Notes under the pieces: model-generated
Databases searched by the model: none
Told to the model about the DNA's origin: nothing
Seen by the model: only the letters and a program-made list of their open reading frames with translations
Made by a program: the position numbers and the translations under genes
Origin: Tubiluchus corallicola
Taxonomy: Eukaryota; Animalia; Priapulida
Length of the DNA stretch: 43,423 nucleotides
Assembly: GCA_030141605.1 (NCBI GenBank)
Contig: JAQGDQ010001384.1
Span: 1-43,423 of the forward strand
Direction: 5' to 3'
Shown here: positions 13,125-24,045 of the stretch, one piece after another
Layout of the letters: each line of letters opens with the position of its first letter
How positions within the stretch are numbered: the first letter of the stretch is position 1

Positions 13125-13380
13125 CTATCAAATACGTAAAAAAATTTCGTATAAATACACTTATAATCAATAATAAGCGAACATTCCACCCAGTGTTCAT
13201 TTATTTACCTAACGCAAAGCCAGCAGCAGCAGATTTTTCTGAAAAATTAAAGTTATAGGAAATAATGGATGACGTCACAACAATGGCTTTGCGTCAGCAG
13301 TTTTCTTAGAGAAAATTGCCAAAAATAGAACATGTAATTAACTCGTCGGTACTCCTCTGAGTGGACGTGTACTAAAACTT
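13125..13380 (-). mobile_element. Diverged partial Helitron family A copy in tandem with the previous one
   Basis: Shares TATAAATACAC.TATAATC, CTAACGCAAAGCCAGCAGC and ATAATGGATGACGTCA.AACAATGGCTTT with 12364-12620. Confidence 0.65.
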
Positions 13381-13970
13381 TTTGTATGTATGTAGTATGT
13401 AGTAAAACTACGTAATAAAAATGTAGTAAAATTAAATACTTACTGATATTATCCAAAAGTACAGTTCATTTGTTTCTATACAATTTGAAATTTTGCATTG
13501 AACGTCCATCATTACCGAAAACACAAAAAGAATGTAAACTCAAAGCACAAGCGTTTCTTTATTTACTCAAACTCAGGCTTGGAGAAACAAACATATTTAT
13601 TTACACTTTAGCACAATTTTACAACAGGTATTTCCTTCACACGTATTTATAGTGAAGAGGCATCCTGTCGACTGACTCGTGTAGCGATAAGACTGCCTGA
13701 GGAATTTACTGAATTTTAAATTAAACTTGAACTACACTGTTGGACTACGAATTGGAAATTACACATAGCTAGAGGTTGAGCTGTCACTGTTTTCATAAAT
13801 TATCTGGTTTTCTTCTTTAGGTATACTTTTCTTAGTTTCAAGAAAATACGGTTCTTATTTTATGCAAACATTGCAAAACCACAAATATTTTTCTGGTAAA
13901 TTGCAGTTTTTTAATTAAGGCATAGCAGATTTGAAGACAAAAGACATCCCGGGTAGTTTAATAGATACAC

Positions 13971-14007
13971 TTCTCTCTCTCTTCCTCTCTCTCGCTCTCT
14001 AACTCTT

Positions 14008-14055
<48 letters not shown>

Positions 14056-14078
14056 GCCTATCTATCTATATATGTATG

Positions 14079-14132
<54 letters not shown>

Positions 14133-14322
14133 CCTATCTACCTACCTACTACCTACCTACCTACCTACCTACCTACCTACCTACCTACCTACCTACCTAC
14201 CTACCTACCTACTACCTACCAACCTACCTACATACCTACTACCTACCTACCTACCTACCTACCTACCTACCTACCTACCTACCTACCTACCTACCTACCT
14301 ACCTACCTACCTACCTACCTAC

Positions 14323-14393
<71 letters not shown>

Positions 14394-14394
14394 C

Positions 14395-14435
<41 letters not shown>

Positions 14436-14482
14436 CATCCATCCATCCATCCATCCACCAATCCATCCATCCATCCATTCAT
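13971..14482. repeat. Compound microsatellite (CT)n-(CTAT)n-(CTAC)n-(CTAT)n-(CCAT)n
   Basis: Directly visible. ORFs 14072-14509 and 14076-14498 are artefacts of it. Confidence 0.98.
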
Positions 14483-15053
14483 TTTCTTGCAACAATGAAC
14501 AAATATTAAAGCATTTCCCAATGACAACAAATGATTTGTGATTATCTTTGTTTTAGTAGTAAATTAATCATATAATTATAAGTAGTAATTTTGAATGAGA
14601 ATAAAATCTACAAAAAAACAAGCGGCGATATTTAGACGAGCGCCATCTAGGCGTTACAAAACGAAGTTTTCGTGTTTTAAACTTCACCAGAAGCTCCATC
14701 ATTAGTCCAGCTGTAACAAAAACGATCTTTTTTATGTTTGTGAAAACATGTACAATGCATCCAAGAGAAATTGTGCAAGCCAGTATAAACCCCTACAGCC
14801 TGTCTAACTAGGTACAGCAGCTGTTTTTTGTGCAATCCGTTTCCGAAATGCAGTTGCTAGTGCCCGTGTAACTAGAGAATGGCGATATGCATATAACAAC
14901 GAAGAATTAGTGACGCGAACGTGAAATTGTATTTGTGTGATAATAATTCTTTCACGTAAGTCATTTTTGAATATATGTTCCCTTTCAATATTTTAAAGAG
15001 TAGATTGTTTTGAGCTACAGTTTAAGATTGTGTCAGGTTTTGGTTTAACTTAA

Positions 15054-15481
15054 AGGAAAACTGGACGATTGTTTAGACTCAATCTCACTTTAATTTACTG
15101 TTCAAAATATACATTTTCTTGCCTATAAAAGTTTACAATTGTTTTTTTATATTTGAATAATTAGTTTAGAAAGTTAATTAATGGCAACCGAACACAGCTA
15201 TTGCCTACGTCAGAAACTAACCACAGTTTGTGCAATGGCAGGCATCTTCCCTTGCGCATCAAGCACGTTTGTCGGCCACGTGAACGTGACAAAAAGGCAC
15301 CGCTGCCAATCTTAGTAGATTCACTAAGCCGCGCATAACTTTGAAAGTTTAATAAAATTTGACTATCCGAGGTAATTATTATTTAATCCAAGCTTTGATT
15401 TTGAATAAACTATTGTAGTTTTCACTATTTTAGAGCATTCTTTATTCTGAACTAAAGTTTACACAATCATCCGGTTTTCCT
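15054..15481. mobile_element. Kolobok-like MITE (428 bp) with TTAA target-site duplication
   Basis: TTAA at 15050-15053 and 15482-15485. Imperfect ~26-bp TIRs AGGAAAACTGGACGATTGTTTAGACT and (reverse complement) AGGAAAACCGGATGATTGTGTAAACT. AGG termini with a TTAA TSD fit Kolobok rather than piggyBac (CC termini). Confidence 0.75.
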
Positions 15482-16299
15482 TTAAACATCCGAAAATTCT
15501 TGGCAATTTAATATAATTACCACTGGGGAAGTATAAGCAATATACATCGGTATGTCCTCACAGTAAGCGATATGAGTGCAGCTCAATCTGCTAAGCACAG
15601 CTGATGCCACGTTATCCTAAGACACCACAAGCACTAAGCAAAACAGCATGTATATATTAGGAGAAGGCAAAGCTCCACATTATTTCTTCTTAGCTTTTTG
15701 GACGCCGCTTTGTTTACTTGAGCAAGCGGCTTGGAAAATAGAATAAAAGCTTATTTTTTTATTTAATATTTATTTAGTAAGACTACAGTTTTACTTAATA
15801 TTTCAATTGTTGTACCTAACTTTAGGTTAAGGAATTTGATTGGAGGTAATGGACTACGTTCAAGTGTGTTGTATAAAATCATCCAATGAATCACACGTCC
15901 AGGGACATGATTCTGCTCACCTCCCCATGCCAGGACTCCCTGATTGCCGCAACGCCCCAAGTGCATTTATTTTTAAGGATCAGTGCTGAAGTGTTTAAAT
16001 ATTCCTGTGCAAAATCTAAGTATGTTAACATTTGTCCTCCTGCAGGTTTTTTAGCTGGTTCTATGTCTTGTTGAAGAGCTATCTTCACTGTTCTTAAACA
16101 GCTTGTTGCAGTGGGTGAACGTATTTTTTCAGTTCCGCAATTTAAGTGAAATTTAAACGTGTAAAAGTTCGTGAGCTTGACGAAACAAATAGCAGCGTGT
16201 TCGGTAATGTGTGCTGCATGCAGCGGTAGTGATGAGACTTTATGATGATAACTATAAAAAAACGTATGATAACTATATAGTTTCTTTGTAATAGATTTC

Positions 16300-19200
16300 T
16301 ATCTGCTAACTGGAAAACTTGTAAGACAACGTCCAACATTAGAGTAATTTTTAATCGCTCTAATGTGCAAAACTTGAAGCTTTTGTAGCAGTGCAGGTTA
16401 GTAGGCCGGCTGTGTGATTGCTTGCATTGTGACTTAACAAGTGAGGTAGGAAATCTTGTCAATCATGCAAGAAAAGTCAAAATCCTGTCAGCCTGCGGGA
16501 AAATGGTGATATACTATGCGACCGTTGTGCAAGCCAGATAGAAAACTTCAGTATTACCTCTGCAATGTGGAGGAATCTAAATAAATGTCTTGACTCATTA
16601 AGTAAAGAAATAAAATCGATGAGGGCTGAACTAAAGGAACTAAAAGGTAATAATACTGATCTGTCAACTAATATTACGAAATTAAAAACTGAGGTTATAC
16701 AATTTAACGCTCAAACACTAAGCATGCAACCAGTCAAAGTCATAGATAAACTGAATGATACAATAAATGCTCTGGACAAGAAAATGAACAATCCCAAGCC
16801 AACATACAGTGCAATGGTAGGCCTAAGTACTGGTTCAGCAAACAACACAATGGTAAAGAACAATCATGTAGTCAGCACGAAAATGCCATGCGATCCTAAC
16901 CGCACTGTAATAATCGATAACGTTAAAGATCCACACATAGCTACTAACAGTGCCATTATAAAGAAAACTGTGTATGAACACTTCCCTCGCACTAAGTTTG
17001 ATTCAGCCTTTAGAACTGCGAAAGGCAAGATTCAAAAACAGCTTTGCGATACCGAGACAGCAGATACAATAATAAGTAACTGGAAACCTTACTATCTCGG
17101 GACAAACACTAACGCGAGATACCCAGTTAAACAACACCTGGGATTGTTAAGAGACTGTGACACTTCGCTAAGTGATGATGAATTACTGACCGATGTTAAA
17201 GACAGGAACTGAAATTGAAAGGTTTAAAAGGAAAAGTGGTAAAGTACTTCCTGTAGTAAAGGTTAAGTTTACATCGGGTTGAACGGCTTAAACCAAAATA
17301 ACTCACGATGAAATGTGAAAAATGTGACAGGTGTAAAAATCCAATCCAGTTGCTCCCTCTGCTTCAATAACTACCATTAAAATTGCACACGTATCTATAT
17401 CTCAGATTATAATACAGTAAAAAATACTTGTCATGTGTGTGTAATGACGAATTACTTGCTTAAAATCATTTAGATAATGATAAAGATTGTTTAATCGCGA
17501 TTAATAGAGACTCGTACTTTATTAATATTGAAAAACTCAATGAATTAGTATTTTCGCCTTTTGAAATGGAAGAATCTTTAAAACATAAACTAAGTGAGGT
17601 AGATGGTGACAGTAACTGTTAGAACAGTGCGTCATTAAACTGTCCTTACTATAATGACAATGCTCTTTCGGGTCTCAAAGTAAATAGTCCCTGCCACCTA
17701 TCACTGTTGCATTTAAATATAAGAAGTACTCAAGCCAATATAAACGAATTCTTATGTTACATGAAAAGCATTAATCGTGAATTTGGCTTTTCTGAGACTT
17801 GGTTAACAAATAAAGCTTCTATGCTTTACGAAATTCCAGGCTATAATCACGTTAGTCAAACTAGAAATACTGGGCAGCGTGGTGGTGGGGTATCTATTTA
17901 CATAAAGGACCACCTAGATTTTGATATTAGAAATGATTTAAATTGCAACGAGCCAATATGTCAGATAATGTTTGTCGAAATTAAATGTCCGATTATGGGT
18001 CGTAAAAATGTGCTAGTGGGCATTATACAACATTATATACAGGCTTCCTGGTTATGGTGTAAATATAGAAAATTTTAATGAAAAGCTAAACTGTATTTTA
18101 GAAGTAATAAGACGTGAGAATAAAAAGTGTTTCATTCTAGGAGACTTCAACTTAGATTTATTAAAATTTAATGAACATACTCCAACACGTGAATTTTTGG
18201 AACTTCCCTTTCATAAACAAACCAACTCGAACTACTAGCTCCACTGCAACTCTAATTGATAATATTATCACGAATGACTTTAGCTGTCTTAGTATAGTGC
18301 AAAGTAATAATGGGATCATATGTACGACTATCTCTGATCATTCTATATTGCAGATGTAGGCGGCAAACAAACAAAAGAAACTTACAGACGCGTTTTTAAT
18401 AAAGTAAAATAAAGATAAATTTAAAAAAATTGTTACAAAGTATTGCGCGGAACGATAGTTTAGACTCTAATAATTCCCAGACTGATTACACGTCATTTCA
18501 AGATAATTTGCTAAAATGTTATGAAGCGTGTTTTCCTCTAAAACCTTGTAAAACTCGTTATCTAGGCAAACCCTGGATTACTCCTGGTGTGTTAAGTAGC
18601 GTTAAAAGAAAAAATATTATGTAGAAAGAATACCTAAAATGTCCTTCTCAAAATTTATTGAAGGAATACAAGCAATATAAAAAGAAATTTACAAATTTAA
18701 TAAGCTTATCCGAACGAAAGTTTACCAAGCCAAAATTCAAGAAAACAAGGGCAACAAATCTAAATCATGGCAAGTGTTAAGACAGATCATTAATAAAAAT
18801 GAGCCTACAGGCAATAGCCAAATTTACTTCCTACATAATGGCTTTGAAATAAGTGACCCAAATGAGGTAGTGAATAAATTCAATAGTTTTTTTTTTTTTG
18901 TAAATGTTGGGCGCAATATTGCAAACTCTATTCCATATATCAATTTGAAAAAAGGTACTGTGATTTTTTAACAACCTCGCATGATCATTGAATCTATATT
19001 CATTGAGCCTGCTACTACCCATGAAGTGGTAAAGCTAATTATATCATTAAAATTTAATTTTAGTTCTAGCTATGACGGCGTAACTGCTGATGTTATAAAA
19101 TCCGTATGTAAGGAAATCACGGAACCACTTACCAACCTTTTTAATTTATCTTTTTTGACAGGTGTCGTACCTAAAGAACTAAAAATAGCTAAAGTAACAC

Positions 19201-19326
19201 CAGTTTATAAAAACTAAGAATGTGACCTATTTGTTAACTACCGACCACTTTCAGTTTTGCTAATACTGTCTAAGATCATTGAGAAGCTAATGTACAGACG
19301 CTTGATAAACTTCATAAATAAATCTG
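16300..19326 (+). mobile_element. Second, more decayed CR1/L2-group LINE (ORF1, APE, start of RT), 3'-truncated
   Basis: ORF1-like coiled coil with TYSAMV and RTVII (16565-17212). APE motifs LHLNIRS, FSETWL, RGGGVSIYI, GDFN and TLIDNII. Then KPWIT, KIAKVTPVYK, NYRPLS and LSKIIEK. The 5' boundary is approximate. Confidence 0.88.
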
Positions 19327-19910
19327 ATCCATACGCGACTGACTCAGCATTTAATACACCAGCATCCAGGCTTTTGTTGTTTTTCAATGACTTTGCCTCA
19401 TGCTTTACTTCTTCTTAAGGAAATGGAACTTTCATTGGATAGTGAGTCCTTTTAACCCCAACTGCATTATCATCATTAAAATTTCGTTGAAAAAATTCTG
19501 CAATGGCTTCAGTTTGCTGTTCAGCATCAGTAATTAGACCATCATTTCTTTCTACAATCATTTTTTTCTTTGGTTGAAAGGTCTGCACGTATTACTTCAA
19601 AATGCATAGAAGGATCATTTTTTGTTTGCTCAATTTCTTCTGCAATGCCAGTCACCTTTTTTCTTCTATTCGTTTTAGCTTTTCACGAATTTGCTTTGGA
19701 ATTTCTTTGCATTTCTTCTTAAGATCATCAATTTCTGCCAAATTTTTACATTGGTGAATTTTATCTTTCAAAACTTTCTGATTCGCAAACAAAGCTTTTA
19801 TCTCATCATCTTTTACCTTTTTATCGTCAAATCTCACATGTCCAAATATTTCTGCTGCCTAATTTTTTATATAATAGAATTGTTGTATAAAAGAGCAGAA
19901 TAATTGCTGA
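19325..19910 (-). mobile_element. Fragment of another non-LTR element (RTE-like tower/pre-RT region) joined to the broken end of the LINE
   Basis: The minus strand reads ..IAEEIEQTKND..GLITDAEQQTEAIAEFFQ..PFP*EEVKHEAKSLKNNKSLDAGVLNAESVAYG, matching the pre-RT EEV..A...LKNNKSxGxD...AE motif. Confidence 0.7.
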
Positions 19911-20089
19911 TGCTATCTACTACATGACAACAACAGCATGTGTACCTGCGGATACGGTTGCCGGGGCAACTGATGCATCTACTACACGTATGCCATCTAG
20001 GCCCAGGATTCTGTAACAATGTTTTTTACCTTCACTGGCAGTGCAATTTTCAGGCGCCTCAACTTAAATTGGCTGGCTGGCTGCCTATT

Positions 20090-20335
20090 TGACTGACTGA
20101 CTTACTTACTGACTGACTGATTGTTTCACCAAGTAAGTGATTGAATTTTTTGACATACTGACTAATTAACTGACTGCCTGACTAGCTGTGTGGTGAATAT
20201 TCGATAACAGATGAATGCACGAATGACAGACTGACATACCGACTGACTGACTGACTCACTGATTGACCGACTGACCGACTGACTGACTAATTACTTCTGA
20301 GTGACTTAACAGCTGACTGACTGACTGACTGGTTG
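20090..20335. repeat. Degenerate (GACT)n repeat
   Basis: Interrupted GACT tracts. Confidence 0.85.
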
Positions 20336-22952
20336 ACAAAATTCTAGGGTGTACACCAAACATACAATGTTTACATGATATCTTTACAAATTTGTCCTTT
20401 TAAAAGCACAAAAGAGACTCATAAGTTAGTAAATGTTTACCAATGAAAGAACCCTTTTGTACCAACGTACAGTACAACTTACATAAAACAAAAAAGGCGC
20501 CATTGCTAAGTAGTGTGTAACTAGTTGTTATAAGAGAAACATCCATAGTACCACTTTCACTCTTTTGCTACATTGACGCTGATTCAGAAATAGCACTGCT
20601 TATGCGAGAGCAAGAGTAAAATTTCTAGGTCAAAACAATTTTGTTGCTCGCAGCATGTTTAAAGTCGGCAGCTATAGTTTACCTTCGTTCGTCTGTACAG
20701 CGTGTTTAGGGTTGTAGAAGTAATTCAGGTCGCCGCCGCTAGATGGCGCAATAGCTTTTTGCCCGGTCTATGAAATGTTCTTCTGGTTTGCAAATTATAC
20801 CGCGTGGCTTATAGTCTTCTCTGGGGGAGGGGGGCGGTGAGTGGGGTAAAAAAACAAATAATGGTACGGATTGACCTGTTACATGAAAGTACTACCCATG
20901 TATTAGTGAATTAGTCATACCATCAAATTTTAATGTGGAAATGTCGTGGGTTTTGCCAGTCCGTAATCTTGGGAGTAGACCTAGATAGGTTTGAGCAGTG
21001 AGTTGAAGAAGTCATGATCCCTCAACAAATTTTGCAAATGTCTCACAAGCTTATCCATCTGAATACTGATCAATGTAATGTTTCTAAGTGGCCATTTTGT
21101 CCTTCAAGCAGGTTTTTTTACAACATAATAGATTCGCTGTTCAACAATCTTTTGATGCAATAATTTTTTGTACCATGAGATAGTTTTGTGTCTATGTTAA
21201 GATACGTGTGTATATTACCTCTATGCTATGTTTATTTTAGATAAGATTCTACTTGTAAAAGTGTGCTTTAGTTTTTTTAGATAAGCGTATTTTGTTGTAG
21301 CTAATATCGTTTTTTACTTTATTAGTTGTGTTTTCATTCACTCCTACTGCACCGTAAATGACTATAAAAAAGCTTTAGCACGAAGTGAGTCAACGTCAAG
21401 CTCTGAACAGAATAAGACCTCCGAGAATGACAAATCAGGTGCCAATAACCATATTATTTGTCTTGTGCAATTGAAAAAAAAATTGACGATTTATGCTAAT
21501 ATGATGGATAAAAGCTATGTCATAATTTTTTTTTCATACACCCGTCTGAGTAGTGAGTTCGCACTTAAAACTAAGTTTTTAAAAAAATGTTGTTGGATAT
21601 TTAGCAAACTGGTGCAAATTTAATGCAAAAAAATGAAATTTTGATATAAGGATTAAACATATCGTACTACATGCATGCTGTTACTTAATGAACAACATTT
21701 TATTAGTACTGTATAACTCATGTGAAACGTCTCAATAAGTTGAACTGAATGATTTTAGTTTACAATAGATTGTTAATCATAGACACTTCGATCATGTTTG
21801 ACCAGTGACTTAAATAAGCTACTACATTAGGAAGGGTAAAAGTTAGTTAATCAGTCGATGCAAATTCAACGAAATCAAATTAATGACCCTCGTGGAAAAT
21901 GAGAACATTCTCTTACCTAATCTTGCCTTATATATTTTTACTATCGTATAATTGTGAATATGTATCTTATCCTGTAATGCATGCTCCTCGTATAGTACTA
22001 ATCTATTTTGTAGCTTGTTACATATGTTTTAATACTACATATAATTGTAAATTTGTCTTTTATCCTCTATGTATATTCTTGTATATATTACATTTCGTAC
22101 GTAACTAAATATATAAATAAAAACACTAAGTAATATAATACAACATCATCTATTTTATTTTAAATACTGAATAGACGACAAATTTTAGCAATCAGTTCAT
22201 AACTAAAGATGAAAGAAAGTTCAAATATTATGTAAAAATTCATAATACTTTTAATTATGAAGTTAACTTTACAAATTACTTTTACTTTTAAAGATGGATA
22301 AAAATATGACTAGATAACAACAAAGTGGATTTGTGGGATACATCCACATTGCAAGGCTGCTCAGAAAATTAAAAAAAATTAATTGTAATTGTAAGAAATT
22401 TCTGCAATATTTAACTGACAAACTTATAATTATGAAAGAATGCATTTAATAGCACATGAAAACAAATAACCTCCAAGATATAATATAAAAATACAGAATT
22501 CAGTTCTTATGAAATGGCTACATGAAAATTTGTTTAGAGATTGTCACAATTGTAAACGTTGGTTATAGTTAAATGAAAAATCAAATAATGACATTTAAAT
22601 GCCTAATATTTATTATTTTACTTTATTAAACTTTCATGGAAACTTCATAATATGCCTTTACTTACCAAGGAAGATCTAACAATTGATTTTCTTCTGTTTG
22701 GGTAAAAATTTATCTCAATGACCTTCAAGGCGACTTTCAAAATTACACAAAATATTCACAAAAATAAGTTCACAGGTGTCCAATTTCAAAAAAATGAAAA
22801 AATCAAAATATATTTACACAAGCAACCAGAAGAAAATACAGCATTTAGCATGAAAAAACGCAGTTTGAATTTATCCCATTTCTCATTTTGGTTGACATGG
22901 TGACCAACTTTCCAGTAAAATGTTGCTGTACGCCTAGTTGACTATACTGACT

Positions 22953-23885
22953 GCTGGCACCATCTAGTGGCTGCTTTTGTAATAACACAAGTTTGCTGAT
23001 TTGATTATTGGCATCATCTAATAACTGATTTTGTGTCGAGATGCGGTCAGTTTACATAATAGTTTTTTGAATACTGAAGACTAGCACCATCTAGTGGCTG
23101 ATCTTGCAGTAATATGTAGTAGAGTCTATCAAATTTTCTTGAATGGTGTTTGCTGGCACCATCTAGTATCTGATTATGTAGTAAAAGTAGAAATATGCAC
23201 AGGGGTATCACTGGTTTCCTTGAGTAGCTGATTGCTGGCACCATCTGGTGGTTGACTATGAGGCGAGATGCGGTCAGTTATTTGTATTTTAAAAACTGAA
23301 GACAAGCACCATCTAGTGGGTGATCTTGCAGTTATACCTAGTACAGTATATCAAACTTTCTTGAATGCTGGCTGGCATCAGCTAGTGTCTGATTTTGTAG
23401 TGATATGCAGTGGGGCATCTCAGGTTTCCTTGAATTACTGATTGCTAGCACCATCTAGTGGGTGATTTTATAATAACATGATTTCCTTGTACACTGGTGG
23501 CAGGTGCCTTTTAGTATTGGATTTTGTAGTAACAAGTAGGAGAGTATCTCAAGTTTCCTTGAATGGTGATGGCTGGCACCATCTAGTGGCTGATCCTACA
23601 GTAATATGTACTAGAGTTACTCAAGTTTGCTTGAAATGCTGTGTGTTGTGGCACCATCTAGTGGCTGATTTTGTAGTAAACACACAGTGGTGTATCACAA
23701 GTCATCATCATCATCATCAGAGCTGATTAATGACATCTAGTGATCAATTGAAGAACTACGACTTTGACTTCCGAGTTTTTCTCTGATGACAGTCGTTGAT
23801 GGACAGAGGTCAAACTATGACTTTGTCGTTGTGAAGGTAGTCAGATGTCTCAGCTTACCCCACTGGTGGCACCGTCTAGCGGCAG
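22953..23885 (-). repeat. Degenerate tandem array with about 12 same-orientation CTCF-like motifs (CCACTAGATGGTGC on the minus strand)
   Basis: GCACCATCTAGTGG or a close variant at ~22957, 23010, 23084, 23156, 23238, 23306, 23375, 23448, 23576, 23650, 23732 and 23868. Higher-order period of about 227 bp (CGAGATGCGGTCAGTT at 23037 and 23264). Confidence 0.75.
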
Positions 23886-23899
23886 AGGGTGGCCCTGAA

Positions 23900-24045
23900 T
23901 CTTTATGAGAATCTGTTTTTTGGTTGAAACATCGTCAGCTGCCACCCCATGTCCTGTTCGTCCAACTCAGAATGAATTTCATTTTTTGCACGACGAGCTT
24001 CAACAAGTCGAGCTGTTTGTTCATCATCAATTCTAAATCTCTCAG
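23900..24045 (-). pseudogene. TRPA1: Orphan pseudo-exon of the TRPA1 C-terminal coiled coil
   Basis: After a pyrimidine tract and AG, it reads LRDLELMMNKQLDLLKLVVQKM/(E)IHSELDEQD with a 1-nt deletion. This matches TRPA1 LKDLTFLLEKQHELIKLIIQKMEIISETEDDD. Confidence 0.75.

Noticed and set aside
20890-21110. ELVIPSNFNV../CRGFCQ as a TGF-beta cystine-knot fragment
   Set aside because: It needs a frameshift, and the remaining cysteine pattern (CC..CxC) is absent.
22953-23885. Conserved motif plus variable spacer array as CRISPR-like
   Set aside because: The motif is only about 14 bp and the spacers are homologous to each other, so this is a decayed tandem repeat.
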